A stretch of 64,000 nucleotides of DNA from Paraspadella gotoi (GCA_051294375.1 CM119269.1:7483446-7547445); one strand, 5' to 3'. Positions 41,645 to 58,139 are shown, numbered from the stretch's first letter. Translations and numbers: made by a program. The notes: generated by a model from the sequence alone, not told the origin.

Positions 41645-42517
41645 CGTCGAAAAGTGAAAAAGGGCTGTTTTGTTGTTTTTTTTTTTAGGCGAGAGTTTGA
41701 ATCCGAGGATCGACAAGTTTGAAGACGAAATTAGTTTTCGTTTTTTTTTCCTCCCGTTTATTGTGAACTAATTAGTTTCCAGTTTGTTATAAAATACTTA
41801 GATCCAACCTCGACGAGTGTCACAGTAAGTGGGCGGGTCATATCCGTAGACGAAACGTTATTTCCGTTTGACGACGCGAAGTCCAAATTCTTAAAAACAA
41901 AACAAAAATGGCGTTTTGATTAATATTAATTGAATTTGAATTCGATTCGTTTCCTAAGCCGATGCGTCCTTTACACGCCAGGAGGATATTAAATTTAAAA
42001 AAAAAGACATAATAACCTGATTTTCATTGGCAAGAATAAGCGCCCTACAGGAAAGTTATGACATTTATAAAAGGGAAAGGAAAAACTACTTTATTAAAAA
42101 TCATAAAAAAAAAAAAAAATTTCAGTCCAAGTCCAACTTTGGCCGCACTGGCGTTGACGACGAACATGCAACAAACATTTCTCGCTGACGGATAGAACGT
42201 CTCTTTATTGTCTGTCAGCCCGTAAGTCGGTCCGTCTCTCGCGGTCGTCCATTTCCCCTCGTTCCAGGTTGTCACCCTCGGGGGCCGAATGTCCCCATGG
42301 GAACCGAAAAAAAAAAAGGTTCGTGGTTCCAAAGGAAAAAGAGGGTTTAGATTATGAATGGGGATGAAAAGAGGGAGGGAAAACTGATTCGCAAAATTGA
42401 TTGTGTTACGTATTTGTGAGATGTGAATTGAATAGAGAACGGGGTCGGCAGATGGAAGGAGACAACAAAACACCATGAGGGGGAGGAGAGAGAGAGAGGG
42501 AAGAGGAGGAGAGAGAG

Positions 42518-42560
<43 letters not shown>

Positions 42561-43243
42561 AAAGAGAGAGAGAGAGAAGAGAAAATGTCGCTGTTCTTGT
42601 TGACTCAATAGAATCAAACATCAATTATTACAGCAACATATCTTGTTTAATTGTGAAAAGCGTAAAATGCAATCAAACTGAATTAAATATATACTATTTT
42701 TGATAATTTTTTTCTGTTTAATTTTGTTAAGAGTTGCATTGTGATGGATATTAAATAAAAATTGTTTTAAGCTTATTCAATAGAAAATTTCGAAAATGAG
42801 ACCATGAATGAAAGATATAAAGTTATATAAACTAATATAATGAGACATTTTACGAAAGTAAACATAAAAAATAAAATAGAATTATATTTATTCGATTACA
42901 TTATTTCTTGAGTTAAAAAAAATGACGAACAAATCGTTTGTTTTTTTAGGTTCACAGGAAAAAAAGGTGAGATTCACGAAAAAAACGTGAAAGCGTAAAA
43001 ATCCTGGGGGTGACTTTTCACTACTCGTCGTCGTAGTAGAAGTCGAGTGAAAGTAAATACGACGGATGTGTTAGGATAAAAAAAATCACGAGTAGGGAGT
43101 GGAAAAAATAAGAGAGAGAAAGTTAGGAGAGCGAGAGGGAGAGACGTGAGGACGAGTGGGAATAAAGAAAATAAACGAGAGCAAAAGGGGGGAGAGAGAG
43201 AGAGAGAGAAGAGATGAGAGAGAGAGGAGAGAGAGAGAGAGAT

Positions 43244-43274
<31 letters not shown>

Positions 43275-43481
43275 AAAGAGATGTTGTCGGCAAAATTTGT
43301 AACGAAGATCGAAAAGCAAAATACAACCGACGATGATGATGAACACGAACTAAAAAAAAGAAAAAGAAAAAGAAAAAAAAACAACAATTGACTCGAAACG
43401 ACGCGCGATTTGAGTTACGCGGAAAGTTTTATTTTTCTGGTTTTACATTTGATTTATTTTAATTTTCGCAAAGGAAAATAA

Positions 43482-43513
<32 letters not shown>

Positions 43514-43655
43514 CGAAGTTCCGAGTGGAGATCCGTTCCGTGCTTCGGAAGAAACTGAATAATGAGAGGAGGAAAGAAGAAGGAACGGGGTGGTCGTCGT
43601 CGTCCTCTTCGTCATCATCATCGTTGTCGTCGTCGTCGGGACCAAAGCCTCAAAG

Positions 43656-43695
<40 letters not shown>

Positions 43696-44595
43696 GTCGG
43701 CGCGCGACTCGTGTCGGGCAAAAGCCGCCGCAAGGGGGAGGAGGAAGAGGAAGAGGAAAAGAGAGGAAATCGCAATTCTTAGAAAATCTTCCTAGTCTTC
43801 CTTGTTTATTTTTCGTTTAATTCAAATTTAAAAGTATGCCGTGAACTACTATTGCTGGGGAAAAAAAAGAAGTTGTATTTTAAAAGTTAAAAGAGGATTA
43901 CCAGTCGGTTATTACCTTGCTGTCTCATAATACTCATATCATCTTAGATTACTGTTGAACCATACCCCTTCTTTACATTCTGAGGTGAAACCGGAAGTCT
44001 CGGCAAAATATCTTCCGGAAAAACTGACTCGTTAACAAGCCCATAAACATAACCATAAAACAGTGTAATCATCCCACCAGAGAAAGCTTGTACAGAGAGA
44101 CCTCCAGGTTAATCTCCCGCTCTTCTCTGCACCCACCATTTTTTTTTCTTTCTCTCTCTTTTCTTTCTCTCACTTTCTCTCTCTTCTTTTATTGCTATCA
44201 GTCAGATTCGCTCTTTCTCTATTTATTCATTATTTTTATTTTATTATTTTAGTTTTATTTTATTATAAATTTTAAAAATATTTTATCATTATTTAAATTA
44301 TAATTTTTATTTATAATTGTTTTCTTAATAAATTCAAAGAGTTGTCTACTCTCCTGATACTTCAAACCGCATAAAACCACAAAATATCAATAAATAAAAA
44401 TATTATTAAATATACTAAAACATTGCTATTGTAATATTCCTTTCTTTTTCGTTGAGTTTAAGGATTGACAGTTTGAAATTTTATTGCATCAACGATTTGT
44501 TTTTTAATAGTACGGACATGTTTCGACTCTTTAATTGCGAGTCTTCGTCAGCGCAAAACAGTTATGAAATGATTTTTTACAAATTGTGCAAAAAA

Positions 44596-44650
<55 letters not shown>

Positions 44651-46388
44651 TTGAAAGAGGGCAAAAAGTTTCCAACACAGAGATAGTGGTTAAAAGGTGA
44701 GGACAGTTTTTAGATGAGGACAGATCAGTTGTGAAAAGAAGTGAAATGGTCAATTGGTGAAAGAGAGAGAAAGAAGGAGATAAAATAATAAATTGTGCAA
44801 TGTACAACAAAAGAAATAAATTTTTTAAACTAAATAATAGTGATTTAACAATTAATCTGAGGGATAGGTAAGTGACTGATAAAGTGAAGAATTAAGAATT
44901 AAGATAGAGCTCAAAATGAGCAGGCCTTTCATTTGCATAAAACCAACTATTGAACCCTTTTTTAAAAATTAGATTAGAGGTTTGTGGCACCGTTCGCCCG
45001 CCCCCCGCCACGAATCCTAAAATAAAATTTTAACCACTTAAATAATTGCTAATTCACTATACTTCATTACTTTTGAGCAAACAGTAGATACCAGTAGGGG
45101 TAGACTAACTCAGTAAGGTGGTTAAGAAATTTGAATTAAGCACCTGCTCAAACGAAAATTTAAACATTTTTAAAAAAAAACTAAATTGTCAAATAGTCAA
45201 TTACCCCATATATTAATTTTTTAATATTTCTAAATAGGAAAGTCTAAAAATTTGTTTTATATATTTTTTTTTCAAATTAGATTCAGGTAGATATTTTGAT
45301 CATAAGCGGGTGAAAAATATGAAAAACTATTAATAATAATCATCATCATCATACTAAGTCGATAATTTTATTGCATTTTCTTAATTTTGACCAAGAAAAC
45401 AATAATTTTTAAAAGTTGTAGATATATTTTTTATTTAACTTTTTATGCTCTGTCAGAATCCATCAAAATATAATCGATTTAAAAAAAATATCATTATGTA
45501 GTAATATTGTTATCTTGATAGCAACAATAAAAGCATTAAAATAGAACTTTTTTAAAAAATCCTTTTTTTTACCTGAAAGCAGACTTCAAGACTAAAGTTT
45601 TGAACCCCTGCCCCGATTGAATTAAATTTCATAATAGATTTCTACCAGTTAATGAGAAACATACTTTCTATAACTGACCTTTTAAATTTAACTCACTTCT
45701 AATCTCAGTCTCAGATTTAAGAGTGAGCTTCTGAGACAACCGAGCTGCCTTTTGTCAAAAACAAATCCGTGAGCGATCTATTTGAACAGATTACTACCGC
45801 CATCTTTAGGAGTTTACCTTTTTTCTATATTGACCATGGCCCATGGCATGGGCAATCTGTTTGCAAGCCTTTTATTAATAAAATATATCATCATAATGCT
45901 ATCATTAAAACTCAACAATAATATAATAAAAAAAAGCAGTTTGGTGACATGATTCTCGTTTTTATTAATCGAATTCGTGAAAAAAAAAGAGATTTCGCTC
46001 GAATCCTATACAATATTAATTCTAGAAATGAGAAAACCATGCAAAAAAGGAGAACCGATGGGAAGAAGGGGGGGGGGATAAAACTTTATTTTTCAGTCTT
46101 TCTCTTTTTTTTCGCAATAAACGAAAACAGCTCCGCAGTTTCGGCAAACCAAGGTCGAAGATCGAAGATCGAAGATCGAAGATCGAAGGTCGAAATGGGG
46201 ATCGACGTGAATAGACGAGACTAGAATTTGGGTCACGTGATCGGAATCGACGCGAGTCGTGATACGCGCCGTATTGCGCGTCGTGATGCGCTTATGGGTC
46301 GTTGCCGTAAGCCTGGGGGTGGAGGGGAAAGGATGAAAGGGAGTGATAAAAATAGAGAGCAAACGGAGCGAGACTAAATAAAAACCCA

Positions 46389-49300
46389 TCACGCCATTTC
46401 TCGCCACGATCTCACTTGAGTGATTCGAGGCGGCAACTGCAGAGTGCAGCACATGATGCCGGCGATATTGCGGGAAACCTAAAGGGAGGAAGAGATCAAA
46501 CAATTCATTCGTCCACTCCAATGGGGAACGTGGCCTCTCACCTTGGCGTCCATGACTTCCCATCGGTCCTTCTCCACGTCGTACCGTTGAATGAGATCAA
46601 GGAAATTCCGAGAGTTCCAAGTGTAACCGCCGATGTTACAGATGAAACTTAAAGACCGATTATAATTAAATTGACACATGAATATAAATTTCGCCTAGCA
46701 GAAAAACACCCGCAACTTACCCGTGAAAGTAAACGGGGAAAGTGTGTCCCTGACCCCGACACATCGAGGTGAGCGTCGTCCACTGCTCCGTCTCCGGGTC
46801 GAAACACTCGGTGCTGAGAGCGTCGCATCTGAGGGCGTTGCTGTTGACGTAGTTCCCGCCGAAAACATAGATCTACGAAATTATACATTTATTTTATTAC
46901 AAAACAAAACGAAATTATACATTTATTTTATTACAAAACAAAACGAAATTGTACATTTACTTTATTACAAAACTAGATACTAATTTCCACCTTGTCTCGA
47001 ACGGAAACCATCCCGTGATACATCCGCGCGCGCATCATGGAGAGTTTCGTCGACCACTGATCATCCTTTGGGCTGTAGCACATGAACTTGTTGGAGACGT
47101 GGCCCGACAACGAGCCCCCGCTGTGCAAAGCACGGGGAGAGGTGAGTTTGAGTAATTATAGAAAAATGGATAAAGGGAAATGGAAAGAGAGAAATAGCAA
47201 AAACCAAAGAAAAAAAAAAACATTTCTAAGCTCGTCGGTCGTCACGTCCACCTGATGTAGACGTTTCCTTTAGCAACGCAGCCCGCGTGACCGTGGGTCG
47301 AAGCCGACAATGGAGCGATGTACTCCCATTTATTTTTCTTGAAATCGTACTGAAAAGGGCAAAAAGATGTGCGAATAGCGATACAGAGAGCGAGTCAACG
47401 AGCTTTTTCTATGAAATTGGTACAACCAATATAAAAATTATCCATTCATTTAATAAATAAGCTATCTTGCCCCTGACTTTGGACAGGCTTTGGTGGTTAA
47501 GGCCTCCATCACTCTTACAAGATAATGACATAGCATATATTACCTTCTCGGCGGTGGAGAGGGAGCCGAAGCGGTTCCTTCCGCCGACGGCGACGACGTG
47601 GTGACCTACGGCCATCGCGCAGAACGTCGCCCTCTCCTCGTTCATCGACGCCATTTGCATCCACGTGTCGAAGTTGGGGGAATACCTGAAGGCGGGGAAA
47701 AGTAAGGTTTTCGGAACGTTGAAACAGGGGTCGCTTTAAACCACATAACAAAATCGTCAGCTTAAAAAATAGAGGCACATTGGAAAAATAATAATAATAA
47801 TAATAATAAAGATAAACGAAAAGAACCACACCGGTGGTCAGAATCGCGATTATGTTAACAATCCCAACGATTCCATTCTCAAAAATTAGAAGTTAATAAC
47901 AACAACAACGACTTCAACCTATAGACGTGTTTGACGGCGTGGCGATCGTTGGTGCATCGATCCGAATCGCCGCCGAGAACGAAGAGGAAATTCTGATAGA
48001 CGACGACGGCGCCGTAAGCGTGAGGGATGGCCATCTCAGTGAGCCGCTTCGACTTGGACGTGAACGTCCCGTTCTCCATGTCGAGATAGTCGATCTGAAA
48101 GAGAGAGGAGCGGAGAAAGAGGCTTGTGAGGGTGACAATTTATATTGGTGCCTCCCGCATCCCCAGTTTCCACCTGTTTGATGAGGGGCAGGGAGGAGTC
48201 TTCCGGGTTTCCGCCGATCGTAATCATGTGCGTCGTGGATCCCCTGAAAAAACCAAAAGACTCGATCAATGAAGACGACCAAATGATCTTCGTCTAAAAA
48301 GATCATCAACTCACCTGGGTTGGGTCAAGTGGGAGCTCATGAGGGGCTGGAGGGTGGGTTTGAGATGAAAGTTCATGGCTTGAAAGAGGAGTTTGGCGCA
48401 GGACTCGTTGGCGGCCATGACCTTGGCCTGTTGCACGTGCTCGATTATTTCGTCAGGGGTCATCACAGAAAAACTAAGAGAGAAAGCAGAGAAAGGTGTG
48501 GGATTAGAATGAGCCGAGATATATCCAATTTTGTTGTTTATAGTTTTACTGTCAATAGTTTTACTGGGGTTGCAGTTTGCCACAGTTTGTTTTTAAAGAA
48601 AAATGATTCCTCGAACGATAGAGTTGATTCAAAAAATAAAAATTCATTAAAAAAGAATCGGGATGTTAAATGAACGCTTTATGAGGCGTCCTTAGCGCTG
48701 CTCCCTACCGTTTCCCTCCCTTAACCAAATTCAATTCTCCCCAAATCAAAAATTAATAAGGAAATAAAAAACAAAACAAAAGCAAAACAAAAAGGGAAGG
48801 CGAGAAAACTTGAGCCACGAAAATGGCGACGGCAGCTCAGAGGGAGGCGGACCGGAAGTTGAAGGAGAAGGAAATGCGCCAAGCCATCAATCAGAGGCTA
48901 AAGGAATCCGGAGAGAGGGATAAACTCAAGGTGCGTTAGGGAGTGAGGTGGCGTTTTGTGGAAGAGGATTATGAAGTATGTGGATCTTGTGGACATGAAA
49001 TTCATCAATGGATTGATCCGAATAATAATTAACTAATTTACTGAAAGAATTTGTGGTGATGGTGATGATAGTAAAATATGATAAAGTAATTCACAAGAAT
49101 GGCCATGGTTCAGGACCTTCTGCGGCAGCGGCTGATCGAGTGCGGGTGGCGCGATGACATGAAGGCCTACTGCAAGCAGCTGATTAAGGAGCGCGGTCTG
49201 GAAAACATCAACATCGACGAGTTGGTCGAAGTGGGTTTTCGATTGTCAGTAAAAAAAAAATAACGAAAAAGAAAAACACATGTAAAATAGAAATGAAGAA

Positions 49301-51797
49301 TTAATATAAATAATATAAATTATAATAAATATTGTATATTGTATATAAGCAAGCCACGAATAAATTAGTGACTTGGAAACAGGAAATCACGCCGTACGGG
49401 AGATCGAAGATTCCGGAGGAAATCAAGAAAGAATTGCTGCAGCGCATTCGACTCTTCCTGTCACAGCAGTTTCAGTGAAGACTGAAGAACAGTTCCAGTT
49501 CAAGATTTTATAGCAGACGCGGTGAGGATTGTAAATTAAACAGCGGTTCCAATAAGAAGCTATTTTTAGAAGGGGTTAGGGGTCCGGGGGTTTAGGTTTT
49601 GGAAGGGCTTTGAAGAACAACGAAGAAGAAAAAACCAGTTTGAATTTTTGTCACAATCATTTTCGTGTTTTTCCATCGTGTTTCGAGAAAATACAGCTCG
49701 AAGTTTTCGAGATAAGTTTTGCATTTATCATTGATTATAGAATTACCTCCTAGTAAGGTACGCTTATACTTTTTTTATCTCAATCAATAAAAATACTAAG
49801 TACTACTACAAGAAGATAGAAAACATCTCACCGAATGTTAGATAGAATTTGGGAGGCGTGCTCAGTCCGCGTCTCCACGTCCTGCTGGAGCCATCGTAAC
49901 GCGATCTGGGGAGAATAAGGCAACCTCGGATGTTGGACATTTTACTGATAAAAGAACATCGACGTCGGTCGCAAATCCCCGTCTTCTCCACCCGCCTAAC
50001 CTGAAATACGCGAAGTTCCGAAGAGCACTGTAGCTTGTCGGAAGAGAGAAAATGGCACAATTGATGGTGGGTGAGGGAAATGAACTGCGGGTGGGGGTTT
50101 CAGGGGGAGAAAAAAAGGCGCGACTTTAGAAACGGGAGATTCCAGAAGAGTGAATCCCTTCTCCCCACTACGAAAACTTACCTGATCGTTCTCGGAGACG
50201 CGTTCGAAGTTTTTCAGGATAAAGTTCTCGATGTGATCCTGCACTCCGGTCAACTGGTAGAGTTCGGCGATGTCAGAAAATTCGAAGCAATTCTCCACGT
50301 CCACTTCGGACCTGTGGATGTTGCAGATGGTAGTTTGTTTTTTTTCGGTGAAGGTTTATACTGCGAGACTAAATTCCCAACTACCTGAAAATATTAACTA
50401 CGATATTCTAATGAGATGTAAATGAGGAATCCTCATTGAGGATTGAGGATGCGAATGAGTGGAACATTGTGTGGAACATGTGTGGAACATGAGTGGAACA
50501 TGAGTGGAACGAGCAATTGTTTTTGCTCTCTATCAAAACGAACGTGGGACAGTAACGGGAAAGTGTTTCCCCGACTGTTTTTCCCCCCATTAGCAGTTAA
50601 TAAAAATCTAGTTTCTCCAAATAATGAATCGATTTGGGTTTATTTCTCATCCTCACTTAAGAAACTGGCAACAGTAATCGACGACTTCGGTGAACTGGAG
50701 ATGAGACGCCGTCTGGAGGATGTCGTGGATGTGGGCGGCGCAGAGGGCGAGACGAGAAGTGTAGACGAAGTCCAGCACTGTCCTCAAACCCAAAGCCGTC
50801 ACGCCCTTCAACTCGATCTCCTTCAAGTGGCTCTCTTGAAAATCTCTACGGGGGCAGGGGGGGGGGAAGAAATCAATAATAATAATATTAAAAATTACAA
50901 AGAATAGCTAAGTTATGCGATTGCTAATGGTCTCCAACCTCGTCATGGCTGCGAGATGCGAGCACGACACGTCTCCTACCTGGTAAACATCGTTCTGAAG
51001 TAATGGCTGCATGATGCGAGCACGACTCTGTGCGCCTCGAACTTTCGATTTTCCACGATCAAAACCACGTCGCAGAGCGAACCTTCGACCCAAAGATGTT
51101 TGAAGCCGGCGAGAACCTGGCCGGCGAAAAAAGAAAATTAAAACGATCTTTAGAAGGGATAATTTTATAGTTAAAACAATTTAACAGATCTTCTTTCTGT
51201 CAGGGCTGTTTTAATATAAGATTTTGAAGACCGAGAAAAAATATGAGCATGAGTGTGGCCGCAAGTTCTGAAGACCTCCCTGTCGACGGCTTTAACTTTA
51301 AGAAAAGTTCCGACTGAACTTTTGGACACGTGAGATCGTGAGATAGTGATAGTGGGAGAAAAATGGACAACGGGTAGGTACATTTTCTAAACAATAATTC
51401 GAGTCCCACAGCTCGTAGCCGGTGTTGCCCACCTGGGACGAGTGATCGTTAGAGGTAAAGATAAGAGTTTTGCCCAAATTGGAGGGAGACGTGGGGGAGA
51501 CGACGGTGATGGTGACGGAGCCGCCGCTGGCGCCACCGACGCCGGACACGAGGTTCTTCGAGAGAGGAAGCGAACCCAAAACCCCAGACGTGTTCGGACC
51601 TGAGAGGAATCAGTTTATGGGGCGTAGGTTACATTGTCAAATGTAGTTTATTCAATATTTGTGCCAGGCGTAATCGCGAGTACCAGCGGCGCACCTGACG
51701 CTGAGTGCGAGAGATTAACAGGCGGCGGATTTCCCGTCGCGTTCGATCCCATCGACGACTCGTTGGCAAAGTCCCAAAAGTTTAGCGGGTCGCCCAT
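46389..51797 (-). CDS. BTB-BACK-Kelch protein (KLHL9/13/26-like). Exons: 51695-51797, 51433-51599, 50980-51116, 50657-50845, 50182-50311, 50001-50084, 49832-49905, 48315-48473, 48174-48243, 47919-48094, 47544-47685, 47252-47349, 46991-47120, 46721-46872, 46542-46647, 46389-46478
   Basis: BTB: [49 protein letters not shown]…[24 protein letters not shown]: [16 protein letters not shown]…[14 protein letters not shown]…IRFSVM. Kelch repeats with GG…Y…W motifs (LFVLGG…[42 protein letters not shown]). Junctions are GT-AG and phase-consistent; the first and last exons are less certain. Confidence 0.92.
46875..46972. repeat. 34-bp tandem repeat x3 (ACGAAATTATACATTTATTTTATTACAAAACAAA) filling a Kelch intron
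   Basis: Three consecutive near-identical units. Confidence 0.85.
48823..49478 (+). CDS. ENY2: ENY2/Sus1 transcription and mRNA export factor (SAGA DUB module/TREX-2), 106 aa. Exons: 48823-48930, 49114-49230, 49383-49478; nested antisense in Kelch intron 48474-49831
   Basis: Spliced translation [106 protein letters not shown] matches the ENY2 signature (GER.RLK.LLR..L.ECGW.D…[20 protein letters not shown]). Both introns are phase-0 GT-AG. Confidence 0.96.
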
Positions 51798-53247
51798 CGT
51801 CAAAGATTTCGATTCCTAGATTCGATCTCGATCATTTGAGTCGTTGGCGGGGTCATGTTAGAGGAAGGGGGCGTGGCGCGAATCGAAGACAAGACTCCGC
51901 GCCTTTTTGACTCTCAGTGTATTGAATTACATAGAACGGGGTCGCCGAATAATCTAGTTTAGTGAAGAAACTAAACACCAAATATACCTGACGAAAGAAA
52001 AAAAACTAGGAGAGGTACACAAAATAAAAACACAAACTATAATGTAATAATATAGATAAAATATAGAGAACAAATGTCAACGTTTAATAATTTTATAGCA
52101 GTGATTGGAGGCAGTTACGAAAATACCAACAGAGGTGAGCGTTGATTTATAATTACTGATAATTATAAAACAGAGGGGGAATATTTAAAACCAAACTCCG
52201 GTCGACTAGAAAAGGTAGAAAAGTGCGTATATCATAAATTGGCTTATTTGGTTTATCAATAGACCGATACGATCGTTGACGGTTAGAATATGTTTGAGAC
52301 AATGTTTAAAACGCTTAGGTTGTCCGATTGGTTTGATTCAAAAAACCATTGGCACATGTTCTCTGGGTTAAAAAAAGTCTTTGCGAGTCAGAAGAAAGTG
52401 CGAAGCTTGAAAAAGGTGAAACATATAACTAAAATCCGAACTCCTGTCTCGTTTTTGGTTTCATAACCTCCAAAGATTTCAAATAATTCATTTCGCGTCA
52501 AATGAACAGAAAATAGTATAAAAATGTTCTTAGGGACGTACAAAACGTTTTAAAAAAAAATCCCCTTAATACCAAGAACTAGGATTCCTAGTAAGAACAA
52601 AATAAAATTTCAAAATAAAAACTTTGTAAAGTTTGTATACGACACTGGATGTGTTACAATTTGTATTTTCAAGGTTGTTTCAAAAACTATATTAAGAAGT
52701 TACGTACATAAGGTTGTTTTAAAAACACAGGTAAAAAGTAAACGTTTGTAAAGCCAGAGTGGAATGCAAATAAGGAATGACAATACTGAACACAAATATC
52801 AACCATTACTTTTAAGCTTTTATATTTGGGATACTCTACTGAGATCGGATATTGGTAATAAATCTGCTTTAAGTAACAACACACAAGAATAACTAAAGCA
52901 GATTTTTTTAGAATGGACAAAAAATAAAATCATTATGAGATTATTTTAAATAGTCGTGTAAAGAAAGAAAACACAGAGGTAGGAAATGTCCAATATCCAT
53001 GTTACTTTGTCTAAAAAATTAAATTAAAAAAATTATTTATTTGGATGTATTTACTTAAACGAAGTTGTCTTACGAAAACCTAGAAGAGCCAACAATTAAA
53101 ACATGGTAGGAATTATCTACAAATTTGTATTTAATGCCAATGTAAAATAAAAATGTCAGGCGAAAAAAGGGAATAGTTATAAAAGAATTCATTGACAGCT
53201 TACTTTCAGTTGTTTAGGTAATACTAAAAATTTAAAAAAAGTAAATA

Positions 53248-53882
53248 CAGAAGGCTTCATATTATAAAATGAGGTAACAGTTTTTTTGTGACCAGAACAC
53301 GTTCCGAGAAAACTACGGGTCCAAATTCATTGAAATTTGGTATGAATGATCATTATGCGAATATAAATAGAACTATCGAGGCGAATTTCAATATTTGACC
53401 CCTAAGCCGAGATATGGGGGTCAACCATCGGGGCAAAAAATGTTAAATTTTTTAAATTATTTTTGTTTTGAACTGTTACCTCAAAAATATTAGTTTACCT
53501 TAATTTTCAACTTCATGAACATCAGCAGTTCAAGTCAGATTTGTATATTTTGGAAAAATTTATTAGTAAAATGAGCAATTGAGCATGCATCTTCAAACAA
53601 TGCTTAAATTTTTAATAATTATCAATTTTAGTTCTAAAATGTTTTTTTACATGTTTAAGACGTCAATGCACCTGATGCTACTAAAAATATTAAAATATAA
53701 AGAAAAAATTTAGCCTTTTTTGGTTCCCTAGGGGTCCAGCCCCAGGGGTTGATAATTAAAATTCGCCTGGATAGTTCCATTTATATCGTCATAGGACTAT
53801 ATGTAAAATTTCATAAAATTCGATCGGGTAGTTTGGTGAGAACAAAAAAGGGGTACCTCATTTTATAATATGAAGCCTTCTG
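53248..53882. mobile_element. Non-autonomous Tc1/mariner-type MITE, 635 bp
   Basis: Perfect 29-bp TIR CAGAAGGCTTCATATTATAAAATGAGGTA (53248-53276 / 53854-53882), TA on both flanks, imperfect inverted similarity extending about 150 bp inward, no ORF. Confidence 0.88.
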
Positions 53883-55077
53883 TATATATGTATAATATTT
53901 TCTGCTCTATTACCTTTTAATATTTCTTTGCTTTTATTGCAATAATGCCTTTCAGGTTAATTAAATTTTAAGGTTTTCTATTGATGTGCAGGAGCTTAAT
54001 AACTAAATTACTGTTATATTTCAATAGATACAACGATTATAACTATCAATAGTTTTCTTTTTTTTTAAAAGATAGTTTGAATAAATTTAGAATAGTTTTT
54101 GAAATAATTTTTTTTACTATTTGAAAATATTTTCTTTGGCGCTATTTTTGCAATAAGTTCGATTACGAACTATTGTTCAATATTCAGCGTGGGTTCAGAT
54201 ATTTACTAAAATTATACAACGAAAGTGTGAGCAATAGTTTCCAAGGCAACAAATTGTGAAAGTTATTAAAAATTTAGAAATTTAAATAAAAAAATTATAA
54301 TACAGAAGTGCGAAAGGCATAATTTTGGAGTCATAAGCAGATTATGAGATCAGAATACTGATATACAAAATCCAGGAAAATGAGAAATTTTCCTTCTCAC
54401 TGGAAGTGCACCACTCGTTTAGTTTCGTCCACCCTCCTTACCGATATATCTTATAAGTCAAAAAATAAAGTTTATGACTCAAATCAATTTTCTGTGTTTT
54501 AAAGATCCAGTATTATACTTTCAATTAAGTAGCTGACCCCTTTTATGGGTATAAATTAGGGATCAAAAACAAATTACTTTTAAACAAGTCAAAACAAATA
54601 TAAGATTATTTTTCTTATTCTTTTTCTAAAATATGACTGGAAACGAAAGGAGGATTTTCAAAACATTCAATGTAGATAAATAATTTAACAAAAATAAATC
54701 AAAACGGCAACTCGGACTAGATCATATTTTCATTAATTTGGCGTGGTTAAATTAAAAAATAAAATTGCAACAACGATCACTGCATACTTGCTAATTCATT
54801 TTGTTCCCAAATTATTCTAATCTGCAAGTGTTTGTTCTTATAGTTTTAACGAAAATAAAGGGAAAAATCACAATAGAACCAAATAAAAAAAACTATAAAA
54901 ATAATACTTTAAGATCTAAAGTTCTAGCAATTATTAACAGAACAATAAAAAAAATTTCGATGGTCTAATAAAGCCAGGAACATACCTAAGGCACATCTAA
55001 CACAAATCCGGATATTCATGAAAATATAACATGGAAAGTTTTCTATTTCCATTCCGAAAGTCACGGATGTTGTTCTG

Positions 55078-57263
<2,186 letters not shown>

Positions 57264-57489
57264 TTAGGAGTCGGTTGACACGAGACGAGAAAACGGGATG
57301 CGAGGTATTAATTACAGGCATGTGCTTGACACGAGTTTCTGTTTATTTGTTTGCATACACGAAAAACGTTAGTGAACTGTTAAACGAAAACAATGATTAA
57401 GAAAAACTTGACAATAAAAAAACCGAGGAACATGAAAATGGACGATTGAAAATGTGATCAAAAGATAATCTGCAAACAGGAATCTGTCT

Positions 57490-58139
57490 TCAAGGTGGAT
57501 CCAAGGCGACCTCAACATCCGAGGGCTTAGAGGACAGCTCCGCCTCAGCGTCTTCGACGTCAGAGTCTTGGCTGCAGGCGGCGGAAGCGTCTTTCTTCGT
57601 TATGAAGGCGCGTTGCATATCGAGCTTCTTGAAGGATCGTTCGAAGTATCTCAGCTTAGGGCGGGAGGCGTCGGCGGCGGATTGACCGGAATAGGAAGAG
57701 GTCAGATTGAAAAGCTGCAGGAAGGTTTTTATTTATGTTTATTAGACAGCAAGAACAATCTAATGAGATCTTTTACTTTACCATAGAGTCAGAGATAAAG
57801 ACATCAGCTGAAAAAAGACACAACCCGAAAAAGCCTCACCTGCTCGGGCCGCAGCTGGGAATCCCCCGTCAACGACGTTAGGAAGCCATCCATCCCTTCC
57901 GAGCTCTTCCCACTTCCCTCCGCATCCTCGTTGTCTTCCTCAAAGAGAACAGATGTGCCGACGGAGTCCTCGAACTTTCCCACGAAAAAGTATTTGTCCA
58001 ACTGGAGTATCGGCTGAGCAGAGTCCACGCCCCAGAGGCGGCATTTGGAGGGGTCGCACTTGGAGAAGTACTCGGGGTCGATCATCCCCGACAACTCCGT
58101 TAGGACGTAGACGTCCTCGTAGTCGTCGTCCTCGCTCAT
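57490..58139 (-). CDS. GTF3C6: General transcription factor IIIC subunit 6-like (TFIIIC35). Exons: 57840-58139, 57490-57714
   Basis: MSEDDDYEDVYVLTELSGMIDPEYFSKCD…CRLWGVDSAQPILQLDKYFFVGKFEDSVGTSVLFEE is the TFIIIC sub6 motif. Exon 2 carries KLRYFERSFKKLDMQRAFITKK (compare LKY…KKL.M.R..L..K). Phase-0 intron; AATAAA at 57342-57347 on the minus strand. Confidence 0.85.
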
